From Vicinamibacteria bacterium (GTDB lineage Bacteria > Acidobacteriota > Vicinamibacteria > Marinacidobacterales > Marinacidobacteraceae), in the NCBI GenBank assembly GCA_963555995.3, contig OY821641.1:2560001-2624000 (forward strand): a stretch of DNA of 64,000 bases. Direction: 5' to 3'. Below the pieces are notes generated by a model that saw only the letters and a program-made list of their open reading frames with translations, was not told the origin of the DNA and did not search any database. Made by a program: the position numbers and the translations under genes. Shown piece by piece: positions 11,831 to 21,069 of the stretch (the stretch's first letter is position 1; each line of letters begins with the position of its first letter).

Positions 11831-13771
11831 ATGACCCGACTTGCTGTTCTGCTCTTCCTTGCCGCGTTCGCGGCTGAAGCTTCCGCGCAGCCGGAGGACT
11901 CCGCGACTCCGCGCGTGGAATGGCCGACCTGGGGCGGGGATCCCGGCTCGATGCACTACTCCCCGCTTGCCCAGGTGAACCGGGAGAACGTCGCCGGCCT
12001 GCAACTGGCCTGGGAGTGGGACACCGGCGAGGGGCCGCTCCGGGGGCCGCGGCTTCCGGTGCCCGACAACCCGGTGCGGCCGGGGAGCTTCGAGAACACC
12101 CCGCTGGTGTACGACGGGGTGATGTACGTGAGCACCTCCTACAACAAGGTGGTGGCGCTGAACCCCGACACCGGCGAGGTGCTCTGGACCTACGACCCGC
12201 GGATCACCGAGTGGGGACAGGTCCCGAACGGCACCGGGTTCGTCCACCGGGGGGTCGCGCTCTGGGAGAACGACACCGGTGACCGGCGCGTCTTCCTGAA
12301 CAGCCGCTGGCGGCTCATCTCGATCGACACCGTCACCGGCGAACCCGACCCCTCCTTCGGGGACGGCGGCGAGATTGACCTCACCGCCCAGCTCCTCTGG
12401 CCCATCAACCGCCTCCACTACACGCAGACCTCGCCGCCGGTCGTCTTCGAGGACCTGGTCATCATGGGGAACGGCGTCTGGGACCGGTTCGTCTATGAGC
12501 GCGACCCGCCGGGGAACGTGCAGGCGTTCAGCACCCGCACCGGCGAGCTGGTCTGGTCCTTCAACCTGATCCCGCAGCCCGGCGAGTTCGGGAACGACAC
12601 CTGGGAAAACGGCGCCTGGGACCGGGTGGGCCACACGAACGTCTGGGCGCCCATGTCCCTCGACGCCGAACGGGGGCTCGTCTATCTCCCGGTGGGGACG
12701 CCGAGCAACGACTACTACGGTGGACACCGCCTCGGCGACAACCTCTTCGCGGAGGCCATCGTCTGCCTCGACGCCCGCACCGGCGAGCGGGTCTGGCACT
12801 TCCAGACGGTGAAGCACGGACTCTGGGACTACGACCTGCCGGCCGCGCCCACCCTGCTCACCATCAACGTGGACGGCCGGGAGATCGACGCGGTCGCCGC
12901 TCCCGCGAAGACCGGATTCGTTTACGTCTTCGACCGGGTGACCGGCGAGCCGGTCTGGCCCATCGAGGACCGCCCCGTCCCGGCGAGCGACGTCCCCGGC
13001 GAACGGGCCGCCGAGACCCAGCCCTTCCCCACGAAGCCGGCGGCGTTCGCGAAGCAGACCTTCACCGAGGACGACGTCATCGCCTTCACCCCCGAGCTGC
13101 GCGACGAAGCGCTCGCGATCATCCGCAAATACCGCATGGGAGGGCTCTACACCCCGCCGTCGCTCGGCGGCACGATCGCCAACCCGGGGATCCTCGGCGG
13201 CGCCAACTGGGGCGGCGCGGCGGCCGATCCCGAGACCGGGGTCATCTACATCAAGGCCAACGAGTTCCCGTCGCTCCTCGCCATCACCGAGGCCGACCCC
13301 GACGAGACCGAGGGCCGCTACTGGCTCGACCGGGACCGCCGGTCCCTGAACCTGCCGAACGGGCTGCCGATCAACAAGCCGCCCTACGGCACTCTCACCG
13401 CCATCGACCTGAACACCGGCGAGCACCTCTTCCAGGTCCCGGCGGGCAACAACCCGCTGGTCCGGGATCACCGGGCGCTCGAAGGCGTGGACCTCGGGGA
13501 CGAGCGGCTCGGGATCGTGGGCGCGCCGGGGCCGATGGTCACCGCCGGCGGGCTCGTCTTCTTCAGCGGGGGCGCCGACCACCTCTTCGCCCTGGACAAG
13601 ACCACCGGCGAGGAGCTCTGGGCCCACCCGCTCGGGGCGAGTTCCTACGCGAACCCGATGACCTACGAATCCCCGGAGGGAACCCAGTTCGTGGTGATCG
13701 CGGTGGGACGCGGCACCGGCAACAAGCTGGTCGCGTTCTCGCTCGGGGAGCCGGCCGCCGCCGGCAACTGA
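11831..13771 (+). CDS. PQQ-dependent dehydrogenase (quinoprotein glucose dehydrogenase family)
   Basis: Signal peptide MTRLAVLLFLAAFAAEASA; HYSPLAQVNRENV, Trp-docking repeats (TGEVLWTY, TGELVWSF, TGERVWHF) and HGLWDYD. Confidence 0.92.
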   Translation: MTRLAVLLFLAAFAAEASAQPEDSATPRVEWPTWGGDPGSMHYSPLAQVNRENVAGLQLAWEWDTGEGPLRGPRLPVPDNPVRPGSFENTPLVYDGVMYVSTSYNKVVALNPDTGEVLWTYDPRITEWGQVPNGTGFVHRGVALWENDTGDRRVFLNSRWRLISIDTVTGEPDPSFGDGGEIDLTAQLLWPINRLHYTQTSPPVVFEDLVIMGNGVWDRFVYERDPPGNVQAFSTRTGELVWSFNLIPQPGEFGNDTWENGAWDRVGHTNVWAPMSLDAERGLVYLPVGTPSNDYYGGHRLGDNLFAEAIVCLDARTGERVWHFQTVKHGLWDYDLPAAPTLLTINVDGREIDAVAAPAKTGFVYVFDRVTGEPVWPIEDRPVPASDVPGERAAETQPFPTKPAAFAKQTFTEDDVIAFTPELRDEALAIIRKYRMGGLYTPPSLGGTIANPGILGGANWGGAAADPETGVIYIKANEFPSLLAITEADPDETEGRYWLDRDRRSLNLPNGLPINKPPYGTLTAIDLNTGEHLFQVPAGNNPLVRDHRALEGVDLGDERLGIVGAPGPMVTAGGLVFFSGGADHLFALDKTTGEELWAHPLGASSYANPMTYESPEGTQFVVIAVGRGTGNKLVAFSLGEPAAAGN

Positions 13772-13812
13772 ACGGTATCCTTCCGGGTCGCCCCGTCCGA
13801 GGAGATTCGCCG

Positions 13813-14337
13813 ATGCCCCTGCCCCCGCTCTACGACCCCGACGCCGTCCGGCCCATGTGGGAGGAACTGGCCGACTGCCGGGTGGACCCGCTCCACCAGC
13901 CCGAAGACGTGGACGACCTGCTGGCGAAGCCGGGGACCGCCCTCGTGGTGGTCAACTCGGTCTGCGGCTGCGCGGCCGGCTCGGCGCGCCCGGGCGTCAC
14001 CATGGCGCTCCAGCACACGAAGATCCCGGACCACCTCGGGACGGTCTTCGCGGGGGTGGACCGCGACGCCACCGACCGCGCCCGGTCCCACATGACCGAC
14101 GTGGCGCCGTCGTCGCCGTCCATCGCGCTGTTCAAGGACGGCCAGTTGATCCACATGCTCGAGCGGCGGCACATCGAGCGGATGTCGCCGGACATGGTCG
14201 CCGGCAACCTGGCGGCGGCGTTCGACGCGCACTGCGAGGCCGAGGGGCCGTCGGTGCCGCGCGAGGTCTGGGAGCGGTCGGCGCGCGAGCGGATGTGCGG
14301 CTCGAACGTCCCGATCTTCAACCCGACGTTCCGGTAG
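13813..14337 (+). CDS. Bacilliredoxin BrxA/BrxB family protein
   Basis: VVNSVCGCAAGSARP (CxC motif), TVFAGVD.DAT..AR, PSSPSIALFKDG. Confidence 0.9.
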   Translation: MPLPPLYDPDAVRPMWEELADCRVDPLHQPEDVDDLLAKPGTALVVVNSVCGCAAGSARPGVTMALQHTKIPDHLGTVFAGVDRDATDRARSHMTDVAPSSPSIALFKDGQLIHMLERRHIERMSPDMVAGNLAAAFDAHCEAEGPSVPREVWERSARERMCGSNVPIFNPTFR

Positions 14338-14359
14338 CCGGCGCGACCCCGTTTCCGGC

Positions 14360-15034
14360 GTGTCGGGGAACGCGGAGCCCGGGTTCCCGGCCTCGGCGCT
14401 CTTCCTGACCGTCGAGGGCATCGAGGGCAGCGGCAAGTCCACGCTGGTCGGGGGGCTCGCGGACCGGCTGCGGAATCGGGGCCGCCAGGTCACCGTCGCG
14501 CACGACCCGGGGGGCACCGCAGTTGGCACGCGAATCCGGGAACTGCTGCTGCGCGGCGATGGACCGCTCGCGGCGGAGGCGGAACTCGCCCTTTTCTTCG
14601 CGGCGCGGGCGCAGAACATCGCCGAGGTGATTCGCCCGGCGCTCCTCAGGGCCGAGGTGGTGATCTCCGACCGCTTCACCGACTCCACGATCGCGTATCA
14701 GGGCGGCGGCCGGGGACTCCCCGTCGAACGGATCCTGGCGGTGGACCGGGCGATCACCGGTGGTTTCCGCCCGCACCTGACGTTGTTGCTCGACTTGCCG
14801 GCAAAGAGTGGAATCGCGCGGCTTTCGCGGCCCGGTCTCTTCGGGCCTACCGACCAAGGTAAAGGCACCGACCGGATCGAAAAGGAGGACTCCCAGTTCC
14901 ACACGAAGGTTCGCGAGGAGTTCCTCCGGATCGCGCGCGAGGAACGCGAGCGGGTCAAGGTGATCGCCGCCGACCAGACGCCGGGCGCGGTTCTCGAAGC
15001 GGCGTGGACGGCGGTCTCCGCCCGGCTCGGCTAA
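14360..15034 (+). CDS. tmk: dTMP kinase
   Basis: EGIEGSGKST, SDRFTDSTIAYQG, DRIE. Confidence 0.95.
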   Translation: MSGNAEPGFPASALFLTVEGIEGSGKSTLVGGLADRLRNRGRQVTVAHDPGGTAVGTRIRELLLRGDGPLAAEAELALFFAARAQNIAEVIRPALLRAEVVISDRFTDSTIAYQGGGRGLPVERILAVDRAITGGFRPHLTLLLDLPAKSGIARLSRPGLFGPTDQGKGTDRIEKEDSQFHTKVREEFLRIAREERERVKVIAADQTPGAVLEAAWTAVSARLG

Positions 15035-15037
15035 GCG

Positions 15038-16135
15038 ATGGCCTCGTTCCCCATCGGCCCGCCGTTCCCCCGGCTCGCCGCCCTGGCGGCAGGCGGCCGG
15101 CTGCCGCAGAGCCTGCTCCTGACCGGCCCGTCCGGCGCCCCCACGGTGGAGGCGGCCGTCGCGCTCGCGGCCATCGTGAACAGCGCCGACCGGGACCCGG
15201 AGTCCGAGGCCACCCGGGTGCTGCACCAGCGGATCGTCCACACCGATGCGGCGGCGCAGGCCGGCGGAGCGGCGGGCGAGTGGACGGGTCCGGCGGCCGG
15301 CCCCTACCCCGACGTGCGCGTCCTGCGGCCCGAGAGCGGCAAGCCGATCCGGGTGGACGAGGTCCGCGAGGCCATCGCCGGGACCCGCACGCATCCCTTC
15401 GAGGGACGCCGCCGGGTGCTGGTGATCGAGGCCGCCGACACCATGAACCCGCCCGCGGCGAACGCGCTCCTCAAGACCCTCGAGGAGCCGCACCCCTGGC
15501 TCGGGCTCATCCTCTGCGCCGGCGGCGAGGCGGCGCTCCTCCCCACCATCGTCTCGCGCTGCCAGCGCTGGCGCTTCGCCGCGCCGACGACGCCCGAGGT
15601 GGCGGCCCGGCTCCGCGAGGAACACGACTACCCCGCCGACGAGGCCGCCATCGCCGCGGCCGCCGCCCGCGGGGACCTCCGGCGGGCGCTCGCGCTGCCG
15701 CGAGACCGGCTGCTGCCGCTGGCGGAGGAGGCCGAACGGATCGCGGCGGTGGTCGGGAAGGGAATCCCCCCGGCGGCCCGGACGAAGCTGACCGAACGCT
15801 TCACGCGGGCGGCGCCCCGCGGCCGCAAGACCGGCCAGCTCGACGAGCTGGCGACGGTGCTGGTGCTGCTCCGCGCCACGCTCCGGGACCTCGCGGCGCT
15901 GCGGTCGGGCGGCGCGGCGCTCTCCGGCGACCATGAGCGCCTGCAGAAGATCGCCGACCTCGCCCCCGAGCGCGCCTTCGCCGAGGCGCTGCTGCTCGTC
16001 GAGGAGACCGACCGCGCCATGTACCGCTCCTACGGCAACAAGCGGATGCAGTTCGACGCGCTCCTCCTCGCGTTCAACGAGATCGCCCGCCCCATCGTCC
16101 TCGCCCGCCGCCGCGCCCAGCCGACGAGCCGGTAG
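15038..16135 (+). CDS. holB: DNA polymerase III subunit delta'
   Basis: YPDV, AANALLKTLEEP, LLPTIVSRCQ; usual position after tmk. Confidence 0.9.
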   Translation: MASFPIGPPFPRLAALAAGGRLPQSLLLTGPSGAPTVEAAVALAAIVNSADRDPESEATRVLHQRIVHTDAAAQAGGAAGEWTGPAAGPYPDVRVLRPESGKPIRVDEVREAIAGTRTHPFEGRRRVLVIEAADTMNPPAANALLKTLEEPHPWLGLILCAGGEAALLPTIVSRCQRWRFAAPTTPEVAARLREEHDYPADEAAIAAAAARGDLRRALALPRDRLLPLAEEAERIAAVVGKGIPPAARTKLTERFTRAAPRGRKTGQLDELATVLVLLRATLRDLAALRSGGAALSGDHERLQKIADLAPERAFAEALLLVEETDRAMYRSYGNKRMQFDALLLAFNEIARPIVLARRRAQPTSR

Positions 16136-16285
16136 GCGGTTGGGAACGCCGGCCTTCAGGCCGGCACCGTCCGCCACCGGCGGACGAAACCCCGGAGTGC
16201 TCGACGGTCCGGTCGTGGAGCCCTCCTGACATGATCCGGAACCCCAGACCCGGCGCTCCGTAAACCTCCCCGAAGGAGACCACCC

Positions 16286-16840
16286 ATGACGACCGTCCTC
16301 TCCCTCTGGCTGCCGATCCTGGTCGCCGCCGTCGCCGTGTTCCTCGCCAGTTCCGTGATCCACATGATGCTGGGTTTCCACAGGAACGACGTCGGGGCGA
16401 TCCCCGACGAACGGAAGGTCGCCGACGCGCTCCGGCCCTTCGCCATCCCGCCCGGGGACTACGCGATGCCCCACGGCCACGCGAAGGAAATGCACACGCC
16501 GGATTTCATCCGGAAGATGCAGGAGGGGCCGGTGGCGATCGTCACGATCCGGCCGAACGAACCGGCGAAGATGGGCAAGAGCCTCGCCCTGTGGTTCGGC
16601 TACTCGCTGGCGGTCGGGGCCGTCACCGCCTACGTGGCGGGCTCGACCCTGAGCATCGGAGCGGAATACGGCGAGGTGTTCCGAGTGGTCGCCGCGGTGG
16701 CCTTCGCGGGCTACTCGCTCGCCATCCTCCAGGCCTCCATCTGGTGGGGACGAAGCTGGGGTTACACGTTCCGCACGATGGCCGACGGGCTGATCTACGG
16801 CCTGCTCACCGGGGGCGTCTTCGGCTGGCTCTGGCCGTAG
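16286..16840 (+). CDS. Hypothetical integral membrane protein
   Basis: AGGAG RBS, coding-like codon usage, about 4 TM segments. Confidence 0.75.
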   Translation: MTTVLSLWLPILVAAVAVFLASSVIHMMLGFHRNDVGAIPDERKVADALRPFAIPPGDYAMPHGHAKEMHTPDFIRKMQEGPVAIVTIRPNEPAKMGKSLALWFGYSLAVGAVTAYVAGSTLSIGAEYGEVFRVVAAVAFAGYSLAILQASIWWGRSWGYTFRTMADGLIYGLLTGGVFGWLWP

Positions 16841-16850
16841 CAGAAACGGG

Positions 16851-17270
16851 ATGTTCCGCCGACGAGGCGCCGCCCGGTCGCTGGCGGCGGCCGGCCTCGC
16901 CCTCGTGATGGTCGCCGGAAGCTGCTCCATCGCCCTGGTCCACGGTCCCCCGAGCGCGGGCGAAGCGGACCACGACCCGACGGGCCGCTACGAGACCGGC
17001 GTGCCCTGCACCGCCAGCCGGACCTGGCCGGTCGTGGACGCCGTCGTGCTGCTGGCCACCCTCGTGAAGGTGGCGAACTACGGGGAGGACCAGCGGGACG
17101 AGACGCTCAGCGGCCTGCTCGGGGCGGCGGCGTTCGGGATCTCGGCGTGGATCGGGCACCGGCGGACCAGCGCCTGCCGCGACGCGCAGGCGGCGGCCGT
17201 CGGGCCTGCGATCCAGACCGGGCACCGCGGCGGTGCGACGGGGCCCACGCCTGGACCCGTCCGTCTGTAA
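16851..17270 (+). CDS. Hypothetical exported/membrane protein
   Basis: Signal-like N-terminus (LALVMVAGSC) and two hydrophobic segments. Confidence 0.55.
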   Translation: MFRRRGAARSLAAAGLALVMVAGSCSIALVHGPPSAGEADHDPTGRYETGVPCTASRTWPVVDAVVLLATLVKVANYGEDQRDETLSGLLGAAAFGISAWIGHRRTSACRDAQAAAVGPAIQTGHRGGATGPTPGPVRL

Positions 17271-17354
17271 CTTTCCCGCGCGGCGCACGTAGAAGGAGAG
17301 AGACCAGCGCGGTCGGCCTCACGGCCGGGCTGGTCGGACCGACGGGGAAACGCC

Positions 17355-17858
17355 ATGAAGTATCTGTTGCCGTTGTCATTGATCCTGGCGTCGGGGTGCG
17401 TGAACTCCGCCATGCGGGTCGAGCACACCATCGCCGAGCTGGACCGCCTGCCGGGCCGCGCGGAACCCGTGCGCACGGCCTGTCGCGACCAGTCCGAAGG
17501 AGCAGCGAACCATCTGCCCGTGCAGCTCCGGTCTGAGGCCGGACCGCGCGCGGCGGAAACCGCGTTCGTGGACTGCATGGACGTCATGAGCGTCTTCGTC
17601 TCCGTGGCGATGGAGAACGGGGATACCACCGGCGACGGGTTGGGAACCATCCGCAACCGGTTGGCGGGCCTCGATGCCGAATCGCTCACCGATACCTGCG
17701 ACGAGCACTACCCAGCCTGGCTGGCGCTGTGGGTTCAGGAAGGCCGCTTCCGGGTGCTGGACACCAGCGTTGTGCACGACGAGACCCTGGTGCGGTACGA
17801 GTTCTGGATGCAGCGCTGCCGCCGGGTCCTGCGCCCGGTCGCGGCAGCGGCCCCGTAG
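17355..17858 (+). CDS. Hypothetical lipoprotein
   Basis: MKYLLPLSLILASGC lipobox and paired Cys. Confidence 0.65.
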   Translation: MKYLLPLSLILASGCVNSAMRVEHTIAELDRLPGRAEPVRTACRDQSEGAANHLPVQLRSEAGPRAAETAFVDCMDVMSVFVSVAMENGDTTGDGLGTIRNRLAGLDAESLTDTCDEHYPAWLALWVQEGRFRVLDTSVVHDETLVRYEFWMQRCRRVLRPVAAAAP

Positions 17859-17898
17859 GGCCGCCGACCATCGGGAGCTGAAGCCGCGGGAAGGGCCT

Positions 17899-18054
17899 GG
17901 AGCGCCGGCTGAAGTCGGCGCTCGCAGCGCGGCGCGCAGCGGACGGCGCGACGCTGGCGCGCGCAATACCGTTCGGCTTTCGGTCCATCACCGCGAACAG
18001 CGGGACGACGTCCGCGAGCCTTCGGCTCGCTGTGCCGGCTGAAGCCGGCGCTCC
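17899..18054. repeat. REPIN-like element (two inverted REPs + conserved core), copy 1
   Basis: Shares core GTCCATCAC...GACGT..GCG(A/G)GCCTTCGGC(T/C)CGCTGTGCCG with 37133-37294 (reverse) and 59194-59356. Confidence 0.75.
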
Positions 18055-18199
18055 AGGCCTTTCCGCCGTTCGATGCCCGGCGGGGTGCGCGGGAGAACAC
18101 GCGCGTGAGCGTTGCTCCCGGTGGGGGTTCGTGACCGGCGCCGCCGTCGCGTCGGACGGGTCCGGGGGAGGCCGCCGGGCGGCTGGTAAGGTGCGGGGC

Positions 18200-19744
18200 G
18201 TGACCCGGCGCCGCCTGCCCATCGGCATCCAGACCTTCCGCAAGATCCGCGAGGGCGGCTTCTACTACGTGGACAAGACGGCCTTCGCGCGCCAACTGAT
18301 CGAGGAGGGGACCCACTACTTCCTGTCGCGGCCGCGCCGGTTCGGGAAGAGCCTGTTCCTCGACACCCTGAAGGAGCTGTTCGAGGGCAACGAACCCCTC
18401 TTCCGGGGGCTCGCCATCCACCCGGACTGGGATTGGTCGAAACGCCACCCAGTGGTACGGCTGAGCTTCGGGAGCGGGGACTTCCGAACGGACGGACTCG
18501 CCGAGGTCGCGGAGGCGCGCCTCGAGGAGATCGAGGAAGACCTCGGGGTGGCGGGCCGCCCGGGGCTGGCGTCCGAGCGGTTCCGCCGCCTGCTCCGCGC
18601 GCTGCACCGGGAGACCGGGGAACGCGTGGTGGTGCTGGTGGACGAGTACGACAAGCCGATCCTCGACGCCCTCCGGGAGCCGGAAGTGGCGCGGCGCAAC
18701 CGGGACTTCCTGCGCGGGCTCTACAGCGTGGTCAAGGACGCGGACGCGCACGTCCGGTTCAGCTTCTTCACCGGCGTCAGCAGGTTCTCGAAGGTGAGCG
18801 TGTTCTCCGGGCTGAACAACCTGACCGACCTCACGCTCGAGCCGCCGTATTCCTCGCTGTGCGGGTACACCGAGGCGGACCTCGACGAGGTGTTCGCCCC
18901 GGAGCTCGCCGGGCTGGACCGGGAGCGCGTCCGGGAGTGGTACAACGGCTACCGCTGGCGGGGGCCGGAGCGTGTGTACAACCCGTTCGGGATTCTGCTG
19001 CTGTTCCGGCAGCGGGAGTTCCGGGCGCACTGGTTCGAGACCGGTTCCCCCTCGTTCCTCGTCGAAACCCTGGCCGAGCGGGGCCTGGGACCCCTCGATC
19101 TGGAGACGATGATCGGGGAGGAGGCCCTGCTGTCGCGTTTCGACGTGGACGACATCGGGGCCGAGGCGCTGCTGTTCCAGACCGGCTACCTCACCATCGC
19201 CGGGGAGGTGGAGGCCGGGGACAAGCGACTGTTCCGCCTGGGGTATCCGAACCGGGAGGTGCGCCAGAGTCTGAGCGCGGAGCTCCTGCGGGTGCTGGGG
19301 GCGGATCCCTCGCGGCAGGGGGCGCGCGAGCTCCGGCTGCGGGAACTGCTGGCGGCGGACGACTTCGCGGGGATGGAAGAGCTGTTCCGGGGGGTGTTCG
19401 AGGCGATCCCCTACGAGTGGCACACGAAGAGCCCGGTGGCCCGCTACGAGGGGTACTACGCGAGCGTGGTGTACGCCTTCTTCGCGTCGCTGGGGCTGGA
19501 CATCCGGGTGGAGGAGAGCGGGCGGCGCGGACGGGTGGACCTGGCGGTGCTCGCGCCGGGGCGGGTGCTGCTGTTCGAGTTCAAGGTGGTGGAGGAGGGG
19601 CCGACGGGCGCGGCGCTCGGGCAGTTGCGGGCGAAGGGGTACGCGGAGAAGTACCGCTCGCGGGGGGAGCCGATCCACCTGATCGGGGTGGAGTTCAGCC
19701 GGAAGACCCGGAACCTCGCAGCCTTCGAGGTGGAGCGCGCCTGA
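18200..19744 (+). CDS. AAA-ATPase-like protein with C-terminal PD-(D/E)XK nuclease (AAA-ATPase_like + PDDEXK_9)
   Basis: LPIGIQTF...YYVDKT...SRPRRFGKSL, LVDEYDKP, WYNGY, YNPF, GRVDL..LFEFK; GTG start at 18200. Confidence 0.92.
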   Translation: MTRRRLPIGIQTFRKIREGGFYYVDKTAFARQLIEEGTHYFLSRPRRFGKSLFLDTLKELFEGNEPLFRGLAIHPDWDWSKRHPVVRLSFGSGDFRTDGLAEVAEARLEEIEEDLGVAGRPGLASERFRRLLRALHRETGERVVVLVDEYDKPILDALREPEVARRNRDFLRGLYSVVKDADAHVRFSFFTGVSRFSKVSVFSGLNNLTDLTLEPPYSSLCGYTEADLDEVFAPELAGLDRERVREWYNGYRWRGPERVYNPFGILLLFRQREFRAHWFETGSPSFLVETLAERGLGPLDLETMIGEEALLSRFDVDDIGAEALLFQTGYLTIAGEVEAGDKRLFRLGYPNREVRQSLSAELLRVLGADPSRQGARELRLRELLAADDFAGMEELFRGVFEAIPYEWHTKSPVARYEGYYASVVYAFFASLGLDIRVEESGRRGRVDLAVLAPGRVLLFEFKVVEEGPTGAALGQLRAKGYAEKYRSRGEPIHLIGVEFSRKTRNLAAFEVERA

Positions 19745-19844
19745 ACGGCGCGCGGGCCGGGCGCGCCTCGGGCGACGGATTCCCCCGGTGGGGGTTCCCG
19801 GCCGGTCGGCGGGCTCCGGCGCCGCTTGACTACGATAAGGCCCC

Positions 19845-20687
19845 ATGCGACGCGCCATCCTCCCCGTCCTCCTGCTCACCCCGCTCGCCGCCGGCTGCGG
19901 CGGCGACCCGGCGCCCGAAGCGGGCGGCCCGGACCCCGCCGCCGGGGCGGACGCGACTCCAGCGGCGGAGGAGGCGCTGTGCCTCGACATGGGGCCGCAG
20001 ACACCGCGGGACATCGCCGACCCGGCGGGGCTGAACACGGACATGTTCCCGCTGGCGCCCCCGGCCGGCGAGTTGAACCTCTGCAACCTCCACACCCACA
20101 CCAACGCGGAGCACAAGGGCCCGGGATTCAGCGTCTTCGTGAGCGATGCCGAGGACGGCGGCTACGCCTGCAACGAGACGGCGGATCTCACCCCCGCCGA
20201 GCTGGAGCCCGCCGAGGGGGCCTACGGCGGCGTGAACCCGGGGGACACGATCGAGGTCCACTGGGTCCACACCTCGTGCGACGCGGCGCCGGGCGTCGGG
20301 CTCGGCTCGTGCGTCCCCGAAACCTGCGAGGACCCGCTCCTCCGCGTGGAGGCGCAGGTGTTCCTCGTCGTCAACGACCCGGAAGCGCTCGACTTCACCA
20401 CGATGACCTACGGCGGCAACATCAGCGGCGGCCGGCATCAGGCGAAGGCGATCCCGTCCACCACCGGGGAACCGGTGCTGTTCCGCGGCTCGACCACCGG
20501 CCCCTCCTACGACCAGAGCACCTGCTCTCCCGTCCGGGTCACCTGGAACGTGCGGCCGCAATGCGCCCGGCTGGACATCCACTCCCTCCACCGCTGGGCC
20601 GCGTCAGGCAACGTCTTCGACGAGACGAAATCCCACGGAGTCCGGCAACTCGTCACCGCCCCGGAACTCCTCGCCCCCATCGAGTAG
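19845..20687 (+). CDS. Delta-class carbonic anhydrase lipoprotein
   Basis: Lipobox LAAGC; GPQTPRDI, LCNLHTHTNAEHK, GDTIEVHWVHTSC, GSTTGPSY, HGVRQLV. Confidence 0.85.
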   Translation: MRRAILPVLLLTPLAAGCGGDPAPEAGGPDPAAGADATPAAEEALCLDMGPQTPRDIADPAGLNTDMFPLAPPAGELNLCNLHTHTNAEHKGPGFSVFVSDAEDGGYACNETADLTPAELEPAEGAYGGVNPGDTIEVHWVHTSCDAAPGVGLGSCVPETCEDPLLRVEAQVFLVVNDPEALDFTTMTYGGNISGGRHQAKAIPSTTGEPVLFRGSTTGPSYDQSTCSPVRVTWNVRPQCARLDIHSLHRWAASGNVFDETKSHGVRQLVTAPELLAPIE

Positions 20688-20721
20688 GTCGCCCCCCGAC
20701 GGGGCCGGCGGAACGGCTCAG

Positions 20722-20925
20722 GCTCGGAGCGCCGGCCTCCGGCCGGCATCGCCGACCGCAGGAAGGCGAAACGCACGCCGCCGCCGATTCCCATGGCGCG
20801 GTCCCAACCGGGAACGGGCGGCGCCGCCCGAAACGAGCCGATGTGGCCCCGTTCAAAGGGAGGAGCGCTGTCAGCACGGGTTTCGCGCTCCCGCGCGATG
20901 CCAGCCAGAGGCTGGCGCTCCGACC
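20722..20925. repeat. Inverted pair of REP-like palindromes
   Basis: GCTCGGAGCGCCGGCCTCCGGCCGGCATCGC and the inverted GCGATGCCAGCCAGAGGCTGGCGCTCCGACC. Confidence 0.7.
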
Positions 20926-21069
20926 CGGATCGCCCGTCGAACCCCGCGTGGGTCTTGCCACAGGCTATTGAGCAAGGGCCGCTCGGGGAGAGCGGCCCCT
21001 GAGCCGACAGCACGCTGCCGGCGGGTAGCTATGCGGAATGGTGCGCCAGTCGGAGCCGCGCGGCGCGCG

